Positions 30,679 to 38,222 of a stretch of 41,676 bases of DNA are shown here, piece by piece (positions within the stretch are counted from its first letter, which is position 1; every line of letters begins with the position of its first letter). The DNA is from a virus. Position numbers and translations under genes: made by a program. Below the pieces are notes generated by a model. It had not been told where the DNA came from, made no database searches, and saw nothing but the letters and a program-made list of their open reading frames with translations. The stretch lies in IMG/VR virus record IMGVR_UViG_3300049188_000051, one strand, 5' to 3'.

Positions 30679-32882
30679 CGACCCTCCGACACCAAGGCCT
30701 GCGGCATGACGGCGACCACCGTCAGCGGCATGGGCCGGTCCTTCTTGATGACGATGGGCATGGACTTCTCGTAGTCGCCATCCCACTCCATCTCGATGTC
30801 GCCGGTGAAGGCCGGCGGCGGGCTGCCCATGGGGACGCTGGTGTTGCGGTACTTCATTTCCTTCAGCGTCTCCTCGGAGCGGCCCGCGGTGCCGCCCAGA
30901 GAGTTGTCGACGCGGATGACCATGACGTTGGGGCGCTTGGTCTTGCCCTGGCTGGTGCCGTTGCCGCTGCCACCTTCCATATCCATGGGCTGCAGGAATC
31001 CTTCGCAGGGCAGGCCGACCTGCACCTTGGATGCCGCGCGCTGCAGCGTGATCTGACCGCCTGTGACGGTGCGGTCCGGATGGCGGGCGCCGTCGGAGAG
31101 CACCCAAACCGCCTGGCCTTCCAGGTGGCCCAGCCCGCTGATGGTGGTGGCTGGCGCGCCGTCGTAGGTCAGCAGCATGTCGGAGTAGCACCAATCCGCC
31201 TGGTCCATCTCGTCGGTCTCGTCTTGCTCCTTGCCCATGTACGCGACGTAGCGGCGCGTGACGCCGGCGATGGTGTAGCGGGCGATCAGCCAGAGGTCGT
31301 CGCGCGAGCCGTCGGGCGCTGGGATGGTCTCGACGCACTCGACACTGGCGCCGGTCATCGGGTGCCGCGTCCAGGCGACGACGTCGTGCTCTCGGTCGAA
31401 GGTGAGGGCCACGAGCTTGCCGTCGCTGCGCGCGCCCCAGACCACAGACCAAGGCTCCTGCTGGAAGGCGGCGTCCACCAGCCCGGGCTTTGGGATGTGG
31501 TGCGCGAACTTCGTGACGTCCGGGCTCTCGAAACCATCCTCCTCGAATCGAAAGGCCATGGCGCGCACCTTGCGGCCCGCCTTCTGCACGAACAGGGTGT
31601 CGCTGCCGACGCGCTGCGGCTGCACGCGGTTGCTGCCGTACTTGCTCTGGCGCTGCGCTTTGCAGTTCTGGGGGCCGAATGGGTCTGATGTCGTCGCCTC
31701 TACCACGGCCCACTCGTCGCCGGAGGTGCCAACCAGCAGCACGTCGCCGGGCGACATCCAGCGAATGGCGTTGACGCCGTCGCTGGACAGCGTGCGCTCG
31801 AAGCCGGCGTCCGCCGTGGTCACGCCGTCGATCTGGGTGGCGAAGTTCTCGAAATCGGCGGAGACGCTGAACCACACGGTCTCGTCGCGCGCGAACACCA
31901 GGCGTTCTCGGAAGAAGGTGACGGACGTCGGGTAGCCGTCCGTCGCGTTCCAGGCCTGCAGCGCCCAGCGCGTGGTGGCGTTGCCGCTGCCGACGGCGCC
32001 GGCCGGGATTTGGGAAATAACGGTCGCGCTGACGTGCGTCGAGTCGGTGAAGGCGGTGATCTCGGCCCAGCCGTAGCCCGCATCCTCGAACTGCCACTGC
32101 ACCCCGTTGTCGCCATCGTAGGCTGCGCCGATGGCGTGCGTCGGCTTGACGCTGCCGGTCGTCGCCGAGTTCAGGGCGCGGTAGTTTTTGCCGTCGCTGC
32201 GTCGCAGGTCGCCGATGGCAATCGGCTTGTCCGCCTCCCATTGCTTGGTGTCGCGGACGTCCTTCTCGCCAAGGTAGATCTGCTGCCCGACCATGTCTGA
32301 GGTGAAGACCGCGGCGCTGGCCACCAGCGTCGTCGCGCCGGTCTTGGCTCCAGCGTAGATGGTGGTGGTGGTGATGTTCTGCGCCTTGAAGGGGGGCGGC
32401 GCGAAGTCCACCGCGTCCAGTGTCCAATTGGTGGGCGCCAGGCGCGACAGCTTGTAAGGCGGGTGAGACGGGTGCACCAGGTAGACGACATCCCCGGTCT
32501 GCACGTAGCGCAGCGCGCAGGAGCCGTCGGCGTTGGTCAGTTCGGCCGCGGTGTATGGCGACACGATCTCGTAGGGCGTCGACGGCCCAGTGACCACCTG
32601 GCCGTGGTTGTAGAAGAAGCGCACGTAGCCATCGCCGAACTCCAGCATGTAGGAGTCCTCGACGCCGAACTCGAATCGCACGAGCCAGCAGCGGTCGCCG
32701 CTGTCCTTCACCTCGGCGCAGAAGACGAAGCCGGGACGCGTGAAGGCTGGGCCCTGCACGGCTGGCAGGAAGTTCTCCATGCGCTTGCAGCCGCTGGCGT
32801 ACTTGGCCACATCGGGCCGTCCCGCGATGTAGGGCGACAGCTCGCCGCCGTTGAACGACGTCTGCATCGGAGAGGACTTCAT
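30675..32882 (-). CDS. Tail tubular protein B (T7 gp12-like nozzle) (735 aa)
   Basis: Internal ATG (MKSSPMQTSFNGGELSPYIAGRPDVAKY) of track ORF 30675..32993. Size and position after tail tubular protein A. Confidence 0.75.
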   Translation of the reverse strand: MKSSPMQTSFNGGELSPYIAGRPDVAKYASGCKRMENFLPAVQGPAFTRPGFVFCAEVKDSGDRCWLVRFEFGVEDSYMLEFGDGYVRFFYNHGQVVTGPSTPYEIVSPYTAAELTNADGSCALRYVQTGDVVYLVHPSHPPYKLSRLAPTNWTLDAVDFAPPPFKAQNITTTTIYAGAKTGATTLVASAAVFTSDMVGQQIYLGEKDVRDTKQWEADKPIAIGDLRRSDGKNYRALNSATTGSVKPTHAIGAAYDGDNGVQWQFEDAGYGWAEITAFTDSTHVSATVISQIPAGAVGSGNATTRWALQAWNATDGYPTSVTFFRERLVFARDETVWFSVSADFENFATQIDGVTTADAGFERTLSSDGVNAIRWMSPGDVLLVGTSGDEWAVVEATTSDPFGPQNCKAQRQSKYGSNRVQPQRVGSDTLFVQKAGRKVRAMAFRFEEDGFESPDVTKFAHHIPKPGLVDAAFQQEPWSVVWGARSDGKLVALTFDREHDVVAWTRHPMTGASVECVETIPAPDGSRDDLWLIARYTIAGVTRRYVAYMGKEQDETDEMDQADWCYSDMLLTYDGAPATTISGLGHLEGQAVWVLSDGARHPDRTVTGGQITLQRAASKVQVGLPCEGFLQPMDMEGGSGNGTSQGKTKRPNVMVIRVDNSLGGTAGRSEETLKEMKYRNTSVPMGSPPPAFTGDIEMEWDGDYEKSMPIVIKKDRPMPLTVVAVMPQALVSEGR

Positions 32883-33484
32883 CAACCCTCCGTCAGTGCG
32901 CGCAGCCAGCTGCTCGGCGGGACTTGCCGCGGCGGCTGCTCGATGGCGTTGACGCGGCGCGCGTCGCGGATGGCGCGCTCCCGCTCCTGCCAAGCCAGCT
33001 CACGCTTGCTCTGGTTCTGCGTCAGGCGCTCACAGATCTCGGCAGCCAGGCGGCAAGCGAAGGCCTCGACGAACAGTGCCGGGAACAGGCCCGGCGTCGT
33101 CACGCGGCGCACGTAGCGGACGTTCAGCGGCGAGCCCTGGTCGGTCAGGATCTGCATGCCGCTGTCGCTGCCCTCCAGCTGGAACAGCGCGCCGGCATTG
33201 GAGTCGTAGAACACGTAGTTCTCGCCAACCTCCACCATGGCCAGGTAGTCGGCCGGCACTGGAAATGCGCGAGCCCAGCCGAACAGCGGTGCCGTGCTGC
33301 TGGCCGGCAGCTGCTGGCGCTTGATGGCGAAGGTCCAGGGCTGCGCAGCCAGCTCGGCGTCGAGCTTGACGTTGTAGATCGTGCGCAGCACGCCGGCCGA
33401 CTCGGTCTCGTCGTTCAGGCTGACGATGCGAGCTGCGCCTGCCTTGGTCAGCGCTTGGTTACAGATCTCGACTTGGGAGGCCAT
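32882..33484 (-). CDS. Tail tubular protein A (T7 gp11-like adaptor) (200 aa)
   Basis: Track ORF. MASQVEICNQALTKAGAARIVSLNDETESA ... QPWTFA is the typical gp11-type N-terminus. Confidence 0.75.
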   Translation of the reverse strand: MASQVEICNQALTKAGAARIVSLNDETESAGVLRTIYNVKLDAELAAQPWTFAIKRQQLPASSTAPLFGWARAFPVPADYLAMVEVGENYVFYDSNAGALFQLEGSDSGMQILTDQGSPLNVRYVRRVTTPGLFPALFVEAFACRLAAEICERLTQNQSKRELAWQERERAIRDARRVNAIEQPPRQVPPSSWLRALTEG

Positions 33485-33518
33485 TTGATGGATACCGGCA
33501 GGGGCTTGAAATTCGGCG

Positions 33519-34841
33519 TCAGCCGATCACCCAGTTGGTGCCGTTGCAGAACACCGGCACGGTGTTGGAGCCGCCACCGGCGACGGTGCTGCCGACGTTT
33601 GCCGACGTGTAGGCCACGGTGGCGTCAGTGACGTATCCGCGATACCCCTTGTAGCCAGAGGCAGCGGCCGGCAGTCCGGCAACGACCGGCGCGTCACCCG
33701 CGCCGATGCGAACCTGGGCATTGAGGTGCAGGACCTGAGCCGCCGCGGTCGTCTCGCCCTTGCCGTAGATCAGGCCGATGTTTTGGCAATTGGCGATGTT
33801 GGTGCGGTCGCCGCCTGTGTCGACGAACAGCTGCCGGCTGGCATTGGCATAGCGGCCGGCATACGGCCCGAGCGCCGCGCACTGGTCGGCGGTGTTGATG
33901 TCGCGCAGCGCGAAGTAGCCGATGCCCACGTTGAGCTGGCCCAAGCCGCTGGCTGTGCCGCGAAGCGAATCGCGACCCAGCGCCGTGTTGAACTGCGACG
34001 TGCCGCCCAGGCCCGCGTTCGACCCGGACGAGTTGCCGACGAAGGTGTTGCCGCCCTGCGTCGTGACATTGAAGCCGGCGCTATAGCCGAGGAGCGTGTT
34101 CTGGATGCCCGTCGTGATGGATTGGCCGGCATGCGTACCCGCGCCGACGTTTTCATAGCCGGTTGTCAGCGTCGTGAGCGAATAGGTGCCGACGGCAACA
34201 TTTCGGCGGCCGGTTGTGCAGGAGTACAGCGACTGGTAGCCCACCGCAGTGGAGGCATAGCCGACGTTGTTGTTGAACGCTTGGTAGCCAACGCCGGTGC
34301 TCTGGTCGCTGGCGCGCAGAAGCGGGACGGAGCCGTCCGTGACGACGCCACGGTTGGTCGCGTTCCAGTTCGCCGGGCTGCCAAGCGAGCCGTCTGCGGT
34401 GTTGTCGGTGTAAGTAGTCGTCGTGTTGTCGCTGATCTCGACCAGGAAGCGGTAGTCCTTCGGATCGGTCGGAGTGGCGGGCGTGCGATAGATGCGGCGT
34501 GCCGTCGTGCCGGCCGGGCCGATGGGGATGGAGGTGAGGTTGACCTGCTGCGACGACGGATTGACGACCGTTGCCGTGCCGGGCCAGGGGGCGGTTTCAC
34601 CCTGCGCCGTGACGAAGGTGACGGTGTAGTAGTAGGCGCCTGTCAGGCTGCCGGCCGCACCTACGGCGCTGGTCGGCGTGCCGCTCGAAGCCGCAACCTG
34701 GTCGCCCACCAGCTTGGAAAGCCCAGCCCCTGACACCAAGCCTAGGGAATCGCCGTTCTGATCGACGATGTCGAGAATGGCGCCACTGGTCGCGTCGATC
34801 TTCTTGCGCAAGCCTGCGATAGGTGTGTAGGTCTGCGGCAT
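33519..34841 (-). CDS. Fibre-like protein with YadA-head/Hep_Hag-like N-x-x-x-G repeats (440 aa)
   Basis: Track ORF. Eight or more repeats of about 15-17 aa (NVGYASTAVGYQSL, RNVAVGTYSL, ENVGAGTHAGQS, QNTLLGYSAG, GNTFVGNSSG, FNTALGRDSL, LNVGIGYFAL). C-terminus LPAAASGYKGYRGYVTDA...GGGSNTVPVFCNGTNWVIG. Confidence 0.6.
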   Translation of the reverse strand: MPQTYTPIAGLRKKIDATSGAILDIVDQNGDSLGLVSGAGLSKLVGDQVAASSGTPTSAVGAAGSLTGAYYYTVTFVTAQGETAPWPGTATVVNPSSQQVNLTSIPIGPAGTTARRIYRTPATPTDPKDYRFLVEISDNTTTTYTDNTADGSLGSPANWNATNRGVVTDGSVPLLRASDQSTGVGYQAFNNNVGYASTAVGYQSLYSCTTGRRNVAVGTYSLTTLTTGYENVGAGTHAGQSITTGIQNTLLGYSAGFNVTTQGGNTFVGNSSGSNAGLGGTSQFNTALGRDSLRGTASGLGQLNVGIGYFALRDINTADQCAALGPYAGRYANASRQLFVDTGGDRTNIANCQNIGLIYGKGETTAAAQVLHLNAQVRIGAGDAPVVAGLPAAASGYKGYRGYVTDATVAYTSANVGSTVAGGGSNTVPVFCNGTNWVIG

Positions 34842-34844
34842 CTC

Positions 34845-35114
34845 TTACCCCTTGGTTTGGTTGGCGTCGGCGTAGCAGCCTGTCGCTGTCGTGACGACGG
34901 CCCGGATGCGGCCCGGCGGCAACTCGAACAGCGCCCAGCCGTTCGCGGAGATGGCGGCGCCGACGTTCAGCCATGTGGCGTCGTCGGGCCCCATGTACTG
35001 GAGCTGGACGTTGCCGCCGCCCCAGGTGGCCACGGCCGAGAACATGCCCCGGCCACCGCCCCAAAGGAAAGAGGCGCCGTTGCCAGCGCCTGCGTTTTCG
35101 AGAAGTCGCGGCAT
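34845..35114 (-). CDS. Small Gly/Trp-rich beta protein, probably virion-associated (89 aa)
   Basis: Internal ATG (MPRLLENAG) of track ORF 34845..35225. GGAGG lies 6 nt upstream. Confidence 0.5.
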   Translation of the reverse strand: MPRLLENAGAGNGASFLWGGGRGMFSAVATWGGGNVQLQYMGPDDATWLNVGAAISANGWALFELPPGRIRAVVTTATGCYADANQTKG

Positions 35115-35124
35115 CGAGGCCTCC

Positions 35125-35319
35125 TCAGTTCGGCGGCCAGGTGTCTTCGAGCACCCGAGCCATGAGCAGCTCCAGCGCGCGAATCGCGGCGCCCTTGCTG
35201 TTGTTGGTGGCGTCGTAGGTGACACGCACCTCGACGTGCGCGCCGGCCGTGGTGGACGCGGTCTCGGCGACCTGGGTCTTATCCTGGCCGAAGTTCACGC
35301 TGTAGAAGCGATCCGCCAT
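35125..35319 (-). CDS. Small unknown protein (64 aa)
   Basis: Track ORF. GGAGG upstream, following the terminator hairpin. Confidence 0.5.
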   Translation of the reverse strand: MADRFYSVNFGQDKTQVAETASTTAGAHVEVRVTYDATNNSKGAAIRALELLMARVLEDTWPPN

Positions 35320-35332
35320 TGCTGGCCTCCAG

Positions 35333-35361
35333 ATGGAAAGACCGGGGCCGAAGCCCCGGTC
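35333..35361 (-). terminator. Hairpin terminator/attenuator after the capsid and decoration genes
   Basis: Perfect 9-bp stem GACCGGGGC (35340-35348) / GCCCCGGTC (35353-35361). On the minus strand it is followed by CTTTCC. Confidence 0.55.
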
Positions 35362-35367
35362 GTTGGG

Positions 35368-35886
35368 TCAGCGAACGACGTAGACGCGGGTCCGGACGGA
35401 GCCGGTGCCGTCGCAGGCGCCGGTCAGGGTCCATGCGACGTCGTACTCCTTGCCGGGGTCAGACGACAGGCCCAGCATCTCCCACACGCGCTTCTCGCCG
35501 TTGGCGATCAGGCCGCCGGCCGCAGCCGCCTCGTCGGTGATGTCCGAGTCGATGGCGCCGCCGTTGAAGGACACCGCCGAGGCGAAGAAGTCGACGTCCA
35601 CCACCGTGCCGCCGTTCGGGTGCGTCAGCAGGTCGTAGAGGCCCAGGTCCGCAGCGGTCGTGGTGCCCATGTCTGCGGTCGTGGTGACGCGGATGCGGTC
35701 CATGAAGTCGCTGGACTTGATCTTGCCGACGCGGTACGTCGAGCCGACGCTGTCGCCGGAGGTGATGGTCGACATCGCATTGACTGCGCGAACGACCTCG
35801 CCGTCGGCCAGGCCGCGGGAGTTCTGCACGCGGGGGAGCGCGTTCGCGTTCGTCACCGCCGTGCTCTTGAGGGCAACAACTGCCAT
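35368..35886 (-). CDS. Putative capsid decoration/cement protein (172 aa)
   Basis: Track ORF immediately after the major capsid gene, with a strong AAGGAGAA RBS. The assignment is positional only. Confidence 0.35.
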   Translation of the reverse strand: MAVVALKSTAVTNANALPRVQNSRGLADGEVVRAVNAMSTITSGDSVGSTYRVGKIKSSDFMDRIRVTTTADMGTTTAADLGLYDLLTHPNGGTVVDVDFFASAVSFNGGAIDSDITDEAAAAGGLIANGEKRVWEMLGLSSDPGKEYDVAWTLTGACDGTGSVRTRVYVVR

Positions 35887-35916
35887 GATGGTTCTCCTTC
35901 AGTTGGGGTCAGCGGA

Positions 35917-36819
35917 TCAGGACTCGTTGCACTTGATCTCGATCAGGCGCTTGGCGTCGCGGCGGACCGAGCCATAGTGGCCGTCGCCGTAGGCCTGCCA
36001 GGGCTCGCCGCGCAGGTCGTTGCGCTGGGACACGCGGGTCTTGGCGCCGCCGTTCCAGACGCACGACGCCATGGCGCGGCGCGTGTAGAACGGGATGCGG
36101 CGGTAGCCACTGCCGTCCGTCTGCAGGCGGTTGCTGAGGATCCACTGGATCCCCATGTAGTTGCTGCCCACGATGGTGCCGGCGTCGATGATTCGCTTGC
36201 TGGTGAAGTCGGTCGAGGTGACCTCGATCTCGTTCATCAGGTTGCGCTCCTGCTTCGGGCTGATTGGGCAGAAGATCTGCTCGTCATCCTCGATCCCGAC
36301 TTCCTGGCTGCGCAGGATCTCCAGCGCCGCCTGGATCTTCTCGACGTTGAGGCCCGAGGTGGCGCCGCCGACGCTGACACCGACCTGGAAGCCGGCCGCG
36401 AAGCTGTCGGTGGCGATGCCGCCGTTGTTCGTCTCCAGGTTGCGATCGGCGAAGAAGGCGCGGATGGCCTCGTCGTCCTGCTTACGGTTGAGCGCCGACA
36501 CGATGCCCATCACGTACTCGCTCTGGGGGTTGGCGTTCATCTGCATCTGCTCGATGGAGTCGAACAGAACCGCCTTGTCGAAGTGGCGCGGGTAGACCCA
36601 CGGGCGCTTGTGGTCGGGGTTGGTGCCGACCATGGGCTCGTAGAGGCCCGTGCGCTCGTCGGCCTCGAAGGCCTCGATCAGGTTGATGACCGTGGCGGCC
36701 TTGCCGACGGCGGTCTCGGGGGTGAAGGTGCTCGCGATGCGCGGACGCATCTGCTGGGCGACGAGTTCGACAGCCGAGGCGTACTGCTGGCTGTAGAAGG
36801 CAATGCTGTTGTCAGGCAT
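35917..36819 (-). CDS. Major capsid protein (300 aa)
   Basis: Track ORF. It follows the scaffold gene and has GGAG 6 nt upstream. The N-terminal FYSQQYASAVELVAQQMRPRIASTF pattern is typical of phage major capsid proteins (from memory). Confidence 0.75.
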   Translation of the reverse strand: MPDNSIAFYSQQYASAVELVAQQMRPRIASTFTPETAVGKAATVINLIEAFEADERTGLYEPMVGTNPDHKRPWVYPRHFDKAVLFDSIEQMQMNANPQSEYVMGIVSALNRKQDDEAIRAFFADRNLETNNGGIATDSFAAGFQVGVSVGGATSGLNVEKIQAALEILRSQEVGIEDDEQIFCPISPKQERNLMNEIEVTSTDFTSKRIIDAGTIVGSNYMGIQWILSNRLQTDGSGYRRIPFYTRRAMASCVWNGGAKTRVSQRNDLRGEPWQAYGDGHYGSVRRDAKRLIEIKCNES

Positions 36820-36982
36820 GGCTGGCTCCGATGGGTTGGATCACTGGGGTTGCTGATCGCCTGGCCTGCCCCTTGCGGGAGCCTCGCTTGCGCGTGTCGT
36901 GCGCCAACCGCCATGTCTTCCCCTGGAGCCATCGGAGGCCCGCCGGCCCTGCCCGATCCACCGGTTTCCCGGCTGTCTGGCG

Positions 36983-37020
36983 GGCAATGTCGGCGGCCGG
37001 GGGGCGAACGTTTTTCCCTA
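36983..37020 (-). promoter_or_regulatory. Late box copy 2 (start of the 198-nt leader of the major capsid gene)
   Basis: Minus strand: TAGGGAAAAACGTTCGCC-N11-GACATTGCC. The TAG is the scaffold stop. Confidence 0.5.
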
Positions 37021-37899
37021 CTTCACGCCGGCCACGATGCGGTCGAGCTTCTGCAGCTCCGCCCACTCGGCGCTGTTGGCCACCATGGCCTTGGTGCGCC
37101 AGTCCTTGTCGGCCATCAGCTGCGTGCGGCGGGCCTTGGCGCCCTCGGGTGTCATGCCGAAGCTGCCCATCTCGCCCATGCCCTCGGCGCCGTGCTCGCG
37201 CATTAGGTCGCCTGCCTTGGCCAGGGCCTTCATGACCTTGGAGAAGCCCACGGCGGTTTCCAGGGTCTCGATGCTCGACTCGTCCAGGCCGAGGCCCACG
37301 GCGGCGCGGCGGGCCAGCTCCTTGCGCATGTCGTACTCGCCGCCCCAATCACGCTTCAGCCCGGACTGCTCCGCGTCAAGCGCGGCCGTGATCGCCTGCT
37401 GTTCGGCGGCCGCCTGCGCTGCAGCGTGCTCGTTCATCTTGGCGGCCAGCGCCTGCCCCGCCTTGAGGGGGATGCCAGCTTCATGCATCCACCCGGCCGC
37501 AGCCTTGGCGAAGGCCGGATCGCCGCCCTGCGGCACCGGCAGCTTGTAGTCGTCGGGCGTGCCCGGGCGGCCGAGCTTCGAGTAGAAGTCCGACCACTCG
37601 GCCGGCGTGGCGTCGTCCTTGGGCAGCACGATGGTGCGGCCGGCGCGGTCGGCGCCAAGCAGCTTCTCCAGGTTGCGGTGTCCCTGCACGGCGTCGAGCG
37701 GCGACTTCCAGCCGGCGTTCTGGGCGTGGCCCAGCAGTTCGGCATCGGGGCTCTCGCCCAGCCATGCCAGCGGGCCCGGTGCGGGCGGGGCCGGCGGCGT
37801 GGGAGCGCCAGGCGGGGTTGGTGCGCCGCCACCGCCGCCACCGGCGTCAGCTTCGTTCATGAGGGGGTAACGCTTGTGAAAGCGGAATCGGGTGTTCAT
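37018..37899 (-). CDS. Scaffolding protein (293 aa)
   Basis: Internal ATG (MNTRFRF) of track ORF 37018..37956, with ATGA overlap upstream. Gly/Pro-rich N-region, helical Ala/Glu/Lys-rich body. Located between portal and capsid. Confidence 0.6.
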   Translation of the reverse strand: MNTRFRFHKRYPLMNEADAGGGGGGAPTPPGAPTPPAPPAPGPLAWLGESPDAELLGHAQNAGWKSPLDAVQGHRNLEKLLGADRAGRTIVLPKDDATPAEWSDFYSKLGRPGTPDDYKLPVPQGGDPAFAKAAAGWMHEAGIPLKAGQALAAKMNEHAAAQAAAEQQAITAALDAEQSGLKRDWGGEYDMRKELARRAAVGLGLDESSIETLETAVGFSKVMKALAKAGDLMREHGAEGMGEMGSFGMTPEGAKARRTQLMADKDWRTKAMVANSAEWAELQKLDRIVAGVK

Positions 37900-38207
37900 T
37901 CGTCGTTCGTCCTGTGTTGCGCGATCCGGTCGATCTGGTCGGCGCTGAGGTTGCACATGGCGCAGATGCGGTTGAACACATCGCGCCGCCCTTCCGCGAA
38001 GGCCATCGCAAGCGGATCGCTTGCCTGCGTGACCTGCGAAACCTTGAGGGTGGACCGGCTGGCGTAGCAGTAGTTCGCCAGATCCTTCATGACCGTCTCG
38101 GCGGCCGGCGTCAGCTCACCGCCAGGCGTCCTGAACAGCGCTCGGTAGCACCACGCCCGATTGCGCAGGCGCGCGCGGACGCGCTCGAATGCTTCGTTCC
38201 AGCCCAT
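37896..38207 (-). CDS. Unknown protein between portal and scaffold (103 aa)
   Basis: Track ORF. GGAAGGAG RBS. Confidence 0.55.
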   Translation of the reverse strand: MGWNEAFERVRARLRNRAWCYRALFRTPGGELTPAAETVMKDLANYCYASRSTLKVSQVTQASDPLAMAFAEGRRDVFNRICAMCNLSADQIDRIAQHRTNDE

Positions 38208-38222
38208 AGCCGGCTCCTTCCG

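Noticed and set aside
30679-32427. Upstream 583 codons of track ORF 30451..32427
   Set aside because: This part overlaps tail tubular protein B in another frame, and the sequence is Arg/Gly/Pro-rich junk. Only the last 75 codons (30451-30678), which fall in a real gap and have high GC3, are kept.
34891-37206. 771-aa plus-strand ORF
   Set aside because: It is antisense to the capsid, decoration and scaffold genes, which have clear phage signatures. The composition is low-complexity Ala/Gly/Arg/Val.
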